A DNA stretch of 50,443 bases, taken from the NCBI GenBank assembly GCA_016219345.1, contig JACRNE010000007.1, positions 1 through 50,443 on the forward strand, written 5' to 3'. The stretch comes from Candidatus Saccharimonadota bacterium (GTDB taxonomy: Bacteria > Patescibacteriota > Saccharimonadia > Saccharimonadales > 2-12-FULL-41-12). A program made the translations under genes and the position numbers. Below the pieces are notes generated by a model. It was not told where the DNA came from. It was given only the letters and a program-made list of their open reading frames with translations, and searched no databases. Shown one piece after another: positions 1 through 10,700 of the stretch (the stretch's first letter is position 1; each line of letters begins with the position of its first letter).

Positions 1-1
1 T

Positions 2-601
2 CAAAAAGCTTTTGAAAGAGTCTTAGAGCATCATGGCATTTCGCCAAAAAATGTTAATCCTGAAGATATAAGAATCGTAGGAGTAACCGCAAAACAAAAT
101 ATAAAAAACATGAAATCTAAACATAGACTGGAACCTTCTATAGATGAGTTGCTTGATTTAAGAAGCTCGATATATGACAAGCTCCTTGACGAAGGAGTGG
201 AGCCGATGCCAGGACTTCGTGACCTAATCAAATCACTGAAACAAAACGGAATTAAAATCGGCGTAGCCTCTTCAGCTACAAGAGAAAATATTGAGAAAGT
301 ACTAAAAATGATTGGACTAGATAACACCTTCGACATAATAGTATCTGGTGCAGAAGTTAAAAATTCTAAACCAGCACCTGATGTATTTTTAAAAGCTGCC
401 CAAGATTTAGACGTTAACCCATCCAACTGTATAGTTCTCGAGGATGCATACAGCGGTGTTATAGCAGGGAAAGCTGCTGGATCTACTGTTATAGCTATTC
501 CAAACAAGTACACTATTAATGACGATTTTTCAGAGGCCGACCATATATTTAGATCTCTTACCGAGCTAGATTTCGATAAAATCCAAAAATTAATTAAGTA
601 A
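2..601 (+). CDS. HAD-family phosphatase (beta-PGM/CbbY-like), 5' end outside window
   Basis: Frame is open from base 2. Motifs GVASSA, KPAPDVF and VLEDAYSGV (HAD motifs II-IV); motif I would lie upstream. Confidence 0.85.
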   Translation, partial: QKAFERVLEHHGISPKNVNPEDIRIVGVTAKQNIKNMKSKHRLEPSIDELLDLRSSIYDKLLDEGVEPMPGLRDLIKSLKQNGIKIGVASSATRENIEKVLKMIGLDNTFDIIVSGAEVKNSKPAPDVFLKAAQDLDVNPSNCIVLEDAYSGVIAGKAAGSTVIAIPNKYTINDDFSEADHIFRSLTELDFDKIQKLIK

Positions 602-629
602 TGCCTCTTCGGTGATACAATTTAGGTAA

Positions 630-1202
630 GTGAAGAATCAAAGTATTGTTGACTGGTTAGATGATTTGGGTTCAAAAGAGCCAACTCCTGGTGGTGGTGC
701 TGTAGCGGGCTTAAACGGTGCTATAGCTGCCGCGCAGCTGAAAATGATCTGTGAATACACAAAAGATGAAGAGATCCAGAGCAAAACTAATGAACTTGGG
801 TTAAAAGTACTAGAATTTTTAGACCTTGCTACCCGGGACTCTGAAAGTTACCTAAAAGTTCGTGAGGCTTACAAAGAAAAGAACGATGAGCTGATTCAAA
901 TTGCACTAATTAATGCTGCTGAAGTAAGCATAGATACTGCAGCGAGATGCGATGATTTGATGGTATTTATTGAGGAAAACTTGAGTAAATTTAACAAAAA
1001 TTTCTTCGCTGATCTAATAGTTGTTATCGCTAATTTAAAAGCAGCTACTAGATCCGCCAAAGCTATGGAAGACGTAAACGCTAAATCAATCACAAATGAA
1101 GCAGCAAAAGGTAGAGTAGAGAATAATTCAGAATATTGCAGCCAAATGCTAAAAAGAGCTGACAAGCTGTTTGAGTCAATAGAAGAGGTCTCAAATGACT
1201 AA
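630..1202 (+). CDS. Formiminotransferase-cyclodeaminase C-terminal / methenyl-THF cyclohydrolase family protein
   Basis: N-terminal 'L.SKEPTPGGGAVAG' motif; overlaps folD. Confidence 0.85.
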   Translation: MKNQSIVDWLDDLGSKEPTPGGGAVAGLNGAIAAAQLKMICEYTKDEEIQSKTNELGLKVLEFLDLATRDSESYLKVREAYKEKNDELIQIALINAAEVSIDTAARCDDLMVFIEENLSKFNKNFFADLIVVIANLKAATRSAKAMEDVNAKSITNEAAKGRVENNSEYCSQMLKRADKLFESIEEVSND

Positions 1203-2037
1203 AATTTTAGACGGGAAGATTGTAGCTGAAAAAATTAACGCAGATTCAGCGATTTTAGTAAAAAAACTAACTGAAAAATCTGTAACACCGAAGCTAGTTA
1301 TAGTTATCGGAACAAATAATAAATCGCTACTTTCCTACGTAAAAGGGCTGTCTAAACAGGCTGAGAAAATCGGTATATTAGCTGAGATTATAGAAGTATC
1401 CGAAACCTCGACCAACAAATACGAAGAAATACTAAATAAATTATCGTCTGACCCGAGCGTCCATGGAATTATTCTACAAACACCACTACCAGACAGTGTG
1501 GATGCGGCTGCCTTAAGCGCGCTAGTGCCGGTAGACAAAGATGTCGATGGAATCAACCCCGCAAGCGCCGGCAGGTTACTCGCTAACGAAAAATCTTTCG
1601 CGCCGGCAACGGCTGAAGCGGTAATTACAATGCTGGACTACTACAATATTGGTTTGAGCGGTAAAAACGTAGCTGTTCTGGGAAGAAGCATGATTGTCGG
1701 TAAGCCTGTTGCCAGCTTATTAATTAACAGAGATGCCACGGCTACTATATGCCATTCTAAAACTCAAAATTTGAGCGAAATCACAAAAAAAGCAGACATA
1801 TTGGTAGTAGCCATAGGCAGAGCGAATTTGGTTAACGCAGATTACGTTTCGCGCGGTCAGGTGATAGTAGACGTGGGCATAAACTTTAACGAAGACGGTA
1901 AGATTGTAGGAGATGTTGATTTCAACAACGTTGAGGCTATGACATCAGCTATATCTCCGGTGCCCGGTGGCGTCGGGCCTGTTACAGCGGCTTTGCTTTT
2001 GAAGCATACTTGTGAGGCAGCCTTAAGTACTTTATAA
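1195..2037 (+). CDS. folD: Bifunctional methylene-THF dehydrogenase/cyclohydrolase
   Basis: HGIILQTPLP, KDVDG, GRSMIVGKP, DVGIN and PVPGGVGPVT motifs. Confidence 0.97.
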   Translation: MTKILDGKIVAEKINADSAILVKKLTEKSVTPKLVIVIGTNNKSLLSYVKGLSKQAEKIGILAEIIEVSETSTNKYEEILNKLSSDPSVHGIILQTPLPDSVDAAALSALVPVDKDVDGINPASAGRLLANEKSFAPATAEAVITMLDYYNIGLSGKNVAVLGRSMIVGKPVASLLINRDATATICHSKTQNLSEITKKADILVVAIGRANLVNADYVSRGQVIVDVGINFNEDGKIVGDVDFNNVEAMTSAISPVPGGVGPVTAALLLKHTCEAALSTL

Positions 2038-2046
2038 TCCAAAGCA

Positions 2047-3528
2047 ATGAGTGGTCCTCAAGATATTTTAATTGGAGACGATAAGCTAACTGAGAAATGC
2101 GCAGTTTTCGGCACCTTCGGGGCCAGTAAAGAAGCAGCGCGTTTGGCTTACTACGGACTCTGGGCGCTTCAGCATAGGGGACAAGAAAGCTCTGGGATTG
2201 CCAGTGCAGATACAAAAAATATTTATGATCATAGTGACTTTGGACTAGTTGCCAACGTCTACAAGGACGAAGACTTATCAGCTCTTCATGGACATATATC
2301 AATAGGGCATAACCGCTATTCGACCTCTGGCGGACGAGATGCTTGCTATAACCAGCCATTTTTAAACAAAGATCGCACATTTGCCTTCGCCCACAACGGC
2401 AACCTACCGGAAACAGTCAAACTAGAAAAGTTCTTAAAAAAGCACAAAGTCGCAACTGAAACACTGAATGATTCCGGCATGATGGCAGCAGCGATTGACG
2501 TACACATGCAGGACGGCTCAACACTTGAAGATGCAGTCATAAAATCTTACCCCCTCTTCCAGGGGGTTTTTTCTGCCCTCGCTATGGGCAAAGACAGGCT
2601 AGTTGCCTTTAGGGATGAGTACGGTATTCGTCCGCTTTCTATCGCTGAACTAGACGGTGGCTATGTAGTTTCATCTGAAACATGTGCTTATGACACAATT
2701 GGCGCTAAATTCATCCGCGAGATCGAACCAGGTGAATTGGTTGTCATAGATGAGAGAGGTATTCAGTCGTATCAGGTAGTGAAGGGCAATCAGAAGCTTG
2801 ATGTGTTTGAGTTTGTATATTTTGCAAGACCGGACAGCACCTTGATGGGTAGAAGTGTTAATAAAGTTCGTGAAAACTTCGGTATTGAGCTAGCAAAAGA
2901 ATATCCAGTTAACGCAGACATCGTTGTTCCTGTGCCTGACTCTTCCGTGCCGGCGGCCCTCGGCTACTCCAGGGAAAGTGGCCTCCGCTTTGAAATGGCG
3001 TTGGTTAAGAATAGATACATAAATAGAACTTTTATTAGACCGACAGAGGAGCTCCGCACCCGTGACCTAACCATGAAATTAAATCCAGTTATCCAAGCAT
3101 TAAAAGGCAAAAGGATTGTTTTAGTTGATGATTCGATTGTGCGCGGCACAACCATGAGAAAAGTCGTTAAGATGCTTCGCGGAGTTGGCGTGAAGGAAAT
3201 TCATCTTATGATTAGCTCGCCACCTGTGAAGTACCCTGATTTTTATGGAATTAATACTCCAAACCAAAATGATTTGATCGCGGCTAAAATGTCGGTGGAA
3301 GAAATACGTGAGCATCTGGGCGCAGACTCGCTTGGATTTTTATCATTTGACGGAATGATTGCGGCTACTGGTCTACCTGCCAGTAAGTTCTCTAGCTCTT
3401 GCTTTAACGGAGTATATCCAGCTCCGATTGGACAGAGGTCAGATGATATCAGTTATGTAGATTCCCGGCCTATGATTACTCCGAACCCAGCAAAAAAAGT
3501 AAAAACAAAATCTAAGGTGCTTGTATAA
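2047..3528 (+). CDS. purF: Amidophosphoribosyltransferase
   Basis: Propeptide then CAVFG; LQHRGQES, GHNRYST, AHNGN and LVDDSIVRGTT. Confidence 0.97.
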   Translation: MSGPQDILIGDDKLTEKCAVFGTFGASKEAARLAYYGLWALQHRGQESSGIASADTKNIYDHSDFGLVANVYKDEDLSALHGHISIGHNRYSTSGGRDACYNQPFLNKDRTFAFAHNGNLPETVKLEKFLKKHKVATETLNDSGMMAAAIDVHMQDGSTLEDAVIKSYPLFQGVFSALAMGKDRLVAFRDEYGIRPLSIAELDGGYVVSSETCAYDTIGAKFIREIEPGELVVIDERGIQSYQVVKGNQKLDVFEFVYFARPDSTLMGRSVNKVRENFGIELAKEYPVNADIVVPVPDSSVPAALGYSRESGLRFEMALVKNRYINRTFIRPTEELRTRDLTMKLNPVIQALKGKRIVLVDDSIVRGTTMRKVVKMLRGVGVKEIHLMISSPPVKYPDFYGINTPNQNDLIAAKMSVEEIREHLGADSLGFLSFDGMIAATGLPASKFSSSCFNGVYPAPIGQRSDDISYVDSRPMITPNPAKKVKTKSKVLV

Positions 3529-3532
3529 ATAA

Positions 3533-4228
3533 ATGCACTCACCTAAGGTAGCGATATTAGCCTCCGGTAGCGGAACGACTGCAGAGTCGTTTATTTCTTC
3601 GTGTGTTAATGGTGAAATCACTGCTGATGTGGCTTTGGTTATATCGAACCACAAAGACCCCGGCGTATTTGAAAAGGTCAGAAGGCTCAATGATCAACAT
3701 GGGCTAAACATTGAATGCATACATATAGGCAAAGCCAACTTCCCTGAGAAAGAAGGAGAGAAAGTTAAATATGGCTTTCAAACCGAAGCTGAGGAAGAAA
3801 AAATCCTGCAGGTTCTAAAAGAAAATGACATAGAACTTGTCCTGCTGCTTGGTTATATGAAAAGAGTTGGGCCTAAAATAGTTGACGAGTTCGGCTGGTT
3901 GCCAAATTACGAATCTGTATATAAATCAAGAATGATTAATACTCACCCCGGGCTGCTGCCAGAGACAAAAGGTCTGTACGGCCTTAATGTCCAAAAGCAT
4001 GTTATCTCGAAGGGACTTGCTGTGGCCGGACACTGCCTATTCGCGGTGGATGACGAGTATGACGACGGGCCAGTTATATCAGAACATTCGTTTGAAACAG
4101 ATCCAACAGAGGATGCTGAAGAGCTTTTTGAGCGAGTCAAAGAGTCAGAAAAAAAGTACTTGGCCGAAGACATACAAAATTTTATAGACAAACAGCGGGA
4201 ATATAATAAAATTGGGAATAATGTCTAA
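3533..4228 (+). CDS. purN: Phosphoribosylglycinamide formyltransferase
   Basis: ASGSGT, LLGYMK, INTHPGLLP and YDDGP motifs; lies between purF and purD. Confidence 0.93.
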   Translation: MHSPKVAILASGSGTTAESFISSCVNGEITADVALVISNHKDPGVFEKVRRLNDQHGLNIECIHIGKANFPEKEGEKVKYGFQTEAEEEKILQVLKENDIELVLLLGYMKRVGPKIVDEFGWLPNYESVYKSRMINTHPGLLPETKGLYGLNVQKHVISKGLAVAGHCLFAVDDEYDDGPVISEHSFETDPTEDAEELFERVKESEKKYLAEDIQNFIDKQREYNKIGNNV

Positions 4229-5489
4229 AAGCGTATTGGTCGTTGGTAGTGGTGGGCGTGAACATGCATTGGCTTGGAAATTATCTCAATCTAATGATGT
4301 TTCAAAAGTTTATGTAGCTCCAGGCAATGGCGGAACGACACTAGTGGCTGAGAATGTCGATATCTCATTTACAGATGTAGAGGGGCTTTTAAACTTTGCT
4401 AGAGAAGAACAGATTGATCTAACCGTTATAGGACAGGAGGCAGCTTCTGAAGCCGGCTTGGTAGACGCTTTTAACGATGCCGGCTTATCTATTTTTGGCC
4501 CGACTAAAGCCGCTACGCTAATAGAATCTTCTAAAGTATTTTCTAAGGATTTAATGAGCGAGCAGAATATTCCAACCGCTCAATACAAAACATTTTCAGA
4601 TGCCACCAAGGCTTTTGAGTACATAAAAACCCGAAGTCTGCCTATTGTCATAAAAGCCGATGGCCTAGCCACCGGAAAAGGTGTGATCATCCCTGAAACC
4701 TTGGAGCAAGCCGAAAAAGCCATTCAGGACATTATGATAGATAAAATTTTTGGCGAGGCAGGCGGATCCGTTGTAGTTGAGGACTTCCTAAAAGGTCAGG
4801 AAGTTTCTATGCATGCGCTTACGGATGGCACAAATTCTGTTATTTTTCCGCCTTCTCAAGATCATAAACAGGTATTTGATGGTGATAAAGGTCCAAACAC
4901 TGGCGGGATGGGCGTAATCGCTCCTCTGGACTGGGTTAAGCCCGAGCAAATATCTAAAATCCAAGAAAAAGTTGTATCACCCGCTTTAGAAGGACTCAAG
5001 AAAAAAAATTCACCATTTATAGGCTGTTTGTACCCGGGCTTAATGCTAGACGGCCAAGACGTGAATGTGATCGAATTTAACGCTAGATTCGGCGACCCTG
5101 AAGCAGAAGTTTATATGAGGTTACTAGACTGTGATCTTTATAAAATTTTGAGCGATTGCGCGGCAGGCAATCTAAATCCGGAGTCCGTAAAATGGCGTGA
5201 TGGCTACGCAGCGACCGTTGTGCTGGCTTCACCTGGCTATCCTGGAGATTATCCTAAAGGACTACCTATAACTGGGCTTGAAGAGGCCGAAAAATTGGAC
5301 GATATTGTTGTATTCCACGCTGGGACGGCGCTAAAAGACGGAAATTTCGTTACAGCAGGCGGGCGAGTCCTAAATGTAACCGCCACCGGAGATACGCTGC
5401 AAAACGCACTAGATAAAGCTTACGAAGCCGTTAAATTGATCAACTTTGAGGGCATGCACTACCGAACCGACATCGGCCAACGCGTTTAG
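4221..5489 (+). CDS. purD: Phosphoribosylamine-glycine ligase
   Basis: GSGGREHALAW, KADGLATGKGV, GPNTGGMG and EFNARFGDPE; ATG at 4221 preferred over the TTG at 4212. Confidence 0.97.
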   Translation: MSKSVLVVGSGGREHALAWKLSQSNDVSKVYVAPGNGGTTLVAENVDISFTDVEGLLNFAREEQIDLTVIGQEAASEAGLVDAFNDAGLSIFGPTKAATLIESSKVFSKDLMSEQNIPTAQYKTFSDATKAFEYIKTRSLPIVIKADGLATGKGVIIPETLEQAEKAIQDIMIDKIFGEAGGSVVVEDFLKGQEVSMHALTDGTNSVIFPPSQDHKQVFDGDKGPNTGGMGVIAPLDWVKPEQISKIQEKVVSPALEGLKKKNSPFIGCLYPGLMLDGQDVNVIEFNARFGDPEAEVYMRLLDCDLYKILSDCAAGNLNPESVKWRDGYAATVVLASPGYPGDYPKGLPITGLEEAEKLDDIVVFHAGTALKDGNFVTAGGRVLNVTATGDTLQNALDKAYEAVKLINFEGMHYRTDIGQRV

Positions 5490-5569
5490 TTTATAAATTA
5501 CTAATAATCACTTGTTTATTATTTGTGATTTCTTTGGAAAGGGAGGATCACGGAGCCAAAGGCGTAGTC

Positions 5570-5610
5570 TAAGGAGGGAAAAACCTTATGAAATGGGTTT
5601 GCCCTCCTTA
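5570..5610. terminator. Strong hairpin between convergent purD and prs
   Basis: taaggaggg-aaaaacc...ggttt-gccctcctta inverted repeat. Confidence 0.55.
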
Positions 5611-5614
5611 AGTA

Positions 5615-6586
5615 TTAAGACTGGTTTAGGCCATCGAAGATGGCAGAAACCGAAGTTTCCTCAAAGATTGCCTGAACTGCGTTTGCCAATAAATCAACTA
5701 CAGAAACAACTTCTATATATGGAACTTTTCTACTGCTTTGAGGAAGAGGTAGGGTGTCTGTAACGGCTAAATGGTCAATTGGTGATTTGTCGATTCTATC
5801 GATTGCCGGGTCAGAAAAAATACCGTGTGTAGTAGCGGCAGAAACAGCTTTTGCGCCATTTTGCATCAAAAGCTCAGCCGCAGCACACATAGTTCCTGCG
5901 GTGTCGATCATATCATCGATAATCACACATCTTTTACCTTTAAAATTACCGATTATATCAATTGCTTCAGCTTCGTTTTTCCTAGAACGACGTTTGTGAA
6001 CAATTGCTATGTCGGCGTTCAACCTACTGGCGTAGCGTTCTGTTAGCTTAACTCGTCCAGCATCTGGAGAAACTATAACTAGATCCTCCCCAGCAAATTT
6101 CTTTTTAAGATGTTCTACAATGGCAGGCAAGGCAATCAAATGGTCAAATGGCCCGTCAAAAAATCCTTGGATCTGACCGGCGTGAAGATCCACACAAGCA
6201 ATCCTGTCAGCACCAGCCACTGACAGAAGATCGATGACTAGCTTAGCGCTTATAGGTTCGCGACCTGATGATTTACGGTCTTGTCGAGCGTAACCTAAAA
6301 ACGGGCAAACGGCCGTAATGTGACGTGCCGATGCCCGCTTAGCAGCATCTATAATGATGGCTTGTTCCATAATGGCTTCAGCGACGGTGTCGTGATGAGC
6401 CTGAAAGACAAATACGTCTGCTCCACGAACTGACTCTTCTAAATGGCATTTGATTTCGCCATTAGCAAATTTTTCTATACCGGTGTTTGACAGCTCTACT
6501 CCAAGTTTTTTTGCGACATTTTTTGCCAAGTCCTCATGGTGTGACCCAGAAAAAATTAGTAAACGTTTTTCAATAATTGCCTTCAA
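5615..6586 (-). CDS. prs: Ribose-phosphate pyrophosphokinase
   Basis: FANGE, GYARQDRK, DLHAGQIQGFFD, VSPDAG and IIDDMIDTAGT; probable TTG start at 6586 after an AGGGG SD-like motif. Confidence 0.96.
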   Translation of the reverse strand: MKAIIEKRLLIFSGSHHEDLAKNVAKKLGVELSNTGIEKFANGEIKCHLEESVRGADVFVFQAHHDTVAEAIMEQAIIIDAAKRASARHITAVCPFLGYARQDRKSSGREPISAKLVIDLLSVAGADRIACVDLHAGQIQGFFDGPFDHLIALPAIVEHLKKKFAGEDLVIVSPDAGRVKLTERYASRLNADIAIVHKRRSRKNEAEAIDIIGNFKGKRCVIIDDMIDTAGTMCAAAELLMQNGAKAVSAATTHGIFSDPAIDRIDKSPIDHLAVTDTLPLPQSSRKVPYIEVVSVVDLLANAVQAIFEETSVSAIFDGLNQS

Positions 6587-6659
6587 TGTGTCTGCCCCTT
6601 TGAGTCTTTTTTTATAGCATATCATAAAAAAGAATGTCTTCATGTTAAAATATAGCTAA

Positions 6660-7778
6660 ATGACAGGTTCCGATGAAACAGGACTTACTTATTCTAATTC
6701 CGGGGTAGATTACGGATCTATTGATCCTGCAAAAGTGTCTGCGCAAGACGCAGCTAAAAGCACCTCAAAAAATTTAAATAATTTTGGATTTAGCGAGCTA
6801 GCAGAAAGCCGCGGTGAGTCTGCTTATGTCTGGGATGAAGGTGATAGTTATAAAGCCTTAGTAGTGGAAGGATTAGGTACAAAAAACCTTGTGGCCGATG
6901 CTATGAGAAAAATAACTGGTAAAACTTACTACGACCAGGTAGCTCAAGATACCGTGGCAATGATAGTAAATGACCTAATAGTTGTCGGCGCCTTGCCAAA
7001 TGTGGTGAACGCATACTTTGCTATCGGTGATACCAAATGGATGGAAGACAAAGAAAGATCTTCTGATTTGATTAAAGGCTGGGCTGCAGCATGTCAGTTA
7101 GCTGGCGCAACATGGGGCGGCGGGGAAACTCCGGCGCTTAAAGGAATTATTAACCCAGAGACGATTGATCTAGCTGGTTCAGCGGTTGGCAATATTGCAG
7201 ATAAATCAAACTTGGTCCTCGGTGATAAATTGGCCAGCGGCGATAGAATAGTTCTTGTTGAAAGTAGTGGGATACACGCCAACGGACTGACAATGGCTCG
7301 TAAAATTGCTGATGATCTAAGCGATGGATACGCAACAAAAATATCTGATGGCCGCAGCTACGGCGAGGCTTTATTATCTCCAACACATATATACGTTGAG
7401 CTAGTTAGAAAACTTCAAGATGCAAATATAGAGATCCACTATATGGTTAATGTCACTGGCCACGGCTGGCGCAAATTAATGAGAGCTAACAGAGACGACC
7501 TAGCTTACGTGATAGAGGAAGTCCCTGAATATCCAGCTGAGTTTGATTTTATTAAAGATCAAGCTAAAGCCAACGACGAGGAAATGTATGGCAATTTTAA
7601 TATGGGTGTGGGCTTTGCGGTCTATGTGCCTGAAAAATACGCCGATAAAGTAGTCGAGATTGCGCATTCAGCAAACCTAAAAGCTTGGAACGCTGGAAAA
7701 GTCGTTAAAGGACAAAAATCCGTCACTATAAAACCAATCGACATTGAGTATAAATCTGACACTCTGGGAGTACGTTAG
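6660..7778 (+). CDS. purM: Phosphoribosylformylglycinamidine cyclo-ligase (AIR synthase)
   Basis: TYSNSGVD, EGLGTK, GGETP, SSGIHANG and NFNMGVG. Confidence 0.93.
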   Translation: MTGSDETGLTYSNSGVDYGSIDPAKVSAQDAAKSTSKNLNNFGFSELAESRGESAYVWDEGDSYKALVVEGLGTKNLVADAMRKITGKTYYDQVAQDTVAMIVNDLIVVGALPNVVNAYFAIGDTKWMEDKERSSDLIKGWAAACQLAGATWGGGETPALKGIINPETIDLAGSAVGNIADKSNLVLGDKLASGDRIVLVESSGIHANGLTMARKIADDLSDGYATKISDGRSYGEALLSPTHIYVELVRKLQDANIEIHYMVNVTGHGWRKLMRANRDDLAYVIEEVPEYPAEFDFIKDQAKANDEEMYGNFNMGVGFAVYVPEKYADKVVEIAHSANLKAWNAGKVVKGQKSVTIKPIDIEYKSDTLGVR

Positions 7779-10700
7779 TGCTGATATTTGGCGAAGTAAA
7801 TGCGCTAGCAAGCTTTAAAAAAGATAGACTGCTAGAAGAGCTTCGTGGCCTAGACGAGAACATTATAGGTGTTTCAGCGGAGTTTATACATTTTATTGAA
7901 AATACGAAACCACTTGATAAAAGTTCTGAAACTAAACTAAAAAAGCTTCTTACCTACGACGAATCATACGAAGAAGATAAAAAAGGCGAGTTCTTTTTAG
8001 TGACACCACGGCCAGGAACTATCTCCCCATGGTCCTCCAAGGCTACTGACATAGCTAGAAGTTCTAATTTAAAAGAAGTTAAGCGCATAGAGCGAGGCAC
8101 AGCGTATTACATTGAGTCAAAGAAGAGTCTAGATAGAGTTAAAATTTCAAAGCTGCTAGCCGACAGAATGACTCAGGTCGTTTTAGACGATATTAAAAAA
8201 GCTGAAGTCTTGTTTAAGTCTGAAAAGCCGAGGACATATGAGCAAATCGATCTAGGTAAAAACGGCTTTGAGCAGTTAGGTAAGATGAACAAGAAGCTAG
8301 GTCTAGCACTATCAGATGACGAGATTGAATACCTAGTAGACGCTTACAAAAAAGCCGGACGTAACCCAACAGACGTAGAGCTAATGATGTTTTCTGTTGT
8401 GAACAGTGAGCATTGCCGTCACAAAATCTTTAATGCTGATTGGTTGATAGATGGAAAACCAGCCGATAAAAGCTTGTTTAAAATGATAAAAAATACCTAT
8501 CAGAAATCCCCTGAGGATGTTTTATCTGCTTACTCTGACAACGCGGCGGTTTTAAAGGGGCCAAAAGTTAAGCAATTTTTCGCAGACCAGAAAACGAAAA
8601 CTTATTCATACAACGACGAAGCCGCAAACATAGTTATAAAAGTAGAGACACATAACCACCCGACGGCAATTGCCCCTTATCCTGGAGCCTCAACTGGCGT
8701 GGGTGGTGAGATCCGCGACGAAGCAGCCACTGGACGTGGTGCTAAATCAAAAATGGGGCTAACTGGCTTTAATGTCTCAAACTTGAACATACCTGGATAC
8801 AACCAGCCATGGGAGAAGTTTTACGGTAAGCCTGACCGGATAGTTTCAGCTCTGGACATAATGATTGAGTCTCCACTGGGCGGCGCAGGCTTTGCCAATG
8901 AATTTGGCAGACCTAATCTAGCTGGTTACTTCAGAACATACGAACAAGAACACGAAGGCGACATCCGAGGTTATCACAAACCTATCATGATCGCCGGAGG
9001 AATGGGCAATGTCTTGGATGATAACGTATCAAAAGGCTCTATAAAGGCGGGCGACAAACTAATAGTTCTAGGTGGTCCAGCAATGTTGATCGGTCTTGGC
9101 GGAGGTTCAGCCTCTAGCATAGAAGCCGGCAAGAGTGATGAAGATCTAGATTTCGCCTCTGTTCAAAGAGACAACGCTGAAATGCAGAGACGAGCTCAAG
9201 AAGTTATAAACAGTTGCTGGAATCAGAAAAAAGATAATCCAATCATCTCGATCCACGATGTTGGTGCAGGAGGGCTTTCTAATGCATTCCCAGAGCTTGT
9301 GCATGACCAAGACTTAGGCGGTGAGTTTGAGCTTAGAGATATACCAAATGCAGAGCCAGGCCTATCGCCATTAGAAATTTGGTGTAATGAAGCGCAGGAA
9401 AGATACGTACTGGCTATCAGCGAAAAAAATTTAGAGAAGTTTAAAAAAATCTGCGAACGAGAAAAGTGCCCATTTGCGGTAATCGGCACAGCAACCAAAG
9501 AAAAGAACTTAGTCCTAAACGATCGACTGTTTAAAAATAAGCCGATAGACATACCTATGAGCTTACTCTTTGGGAATCCGCCTAAGATGACTCGGAAATT
9601 TGAAACAAAAAATCCAAAGTACAAAACCCTGGAAACTAAGGATATAGCCATAAATGAAGCGGTTGAGCGAGTTCTTCGCCTGCCTGCAGTCGCCAGCAAA
9701 AAGTTCTTAATAACAATTGGCGACAGGACAGTTGGTGGCCTAGTGACACGCGATCAAATGGTAGGGCCGTGGCAAGTCCCTGTCAGCGACGTTAGCGTAA
9801 CAGCCGCGTCTTACAATGAGATGCACGGGGAAGCGGTAGCTATAGGCGAAAGATCTCCGATTGCTCTTATAAATTCCCCGGCGTCTGGTCGAATGGCAGT
9901 TGGTGAGGTTATTACAAATATTATCTCAGCTGATATAGAAAAAATTTCTGATATAAAACTATCTGCCAACTGGATGGCCGCAGCAGGTCATAAAAGTGAA
10001 GACAAAAACCTATATGAAACCGTGAAAGCTTTAGGCGAGGATTTTTGCCCTGATCTAGGTATTTGCATCCCAGTTGGGAAAGATTCTTTGAGCATGCGGA
10101 CTTCCTGGGACGAAAAAGGTAAAAACAAGTCCGTAACGGCACCTTTGTCGGTCGTTATTAGTGGGTTTGCCCCGGTAAGTGACACATCAAAAACCTTAAC
10201 GCCAGAGCTTAAGAATGTCTCAAGTGAGTTAATATTAATTGATCTAGGTGAGGGTAAATCACGCCTCGGTGCCTCCGCATTTGCGCAAACTTATTCTCAG
10301 GTCGGTAATGAAGTGCCTGATGCTAACGCTAAATTACTTAAAAAATTCTTTAAAGTGCTAAGCGGTCTTAAAAAAGACGAAAAAATTCTGGCTTACCACG
10401 ACCGCTCAGATGGTGGATTAATTACCACTCTTTTGGAAATGTCTTTTGCTAGTCGCCTAGGACTTGATGTAGATATTTCGGAGATTACTTCTGAGCCTCT
10501 ACAGGCCCTCTTTAATGAAGAGCTGGGAGCGGTCATCCAAGTTAGCGATAAAGAATCGGACAAAATCTTGGAAGTACTTAGAAAAGAACTTGGCGATAAC
10601 GTTTACCGCATTGGAAAAATACGGAAAGATGAGCAGATAGTAATCAGCCGGGATGGCTCCGAAATATATAAAAATACTCGAGCGAAATTAGAATCATACT

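Noticed and set aside
5512-5763. 83-aa ORF across the purD-prs gap, and the many short antisense ORFs within pur, atp and other genes
   Set aside because: They are shadow ORFs opposite well-supported genes or run through hairpins, with no motif support.
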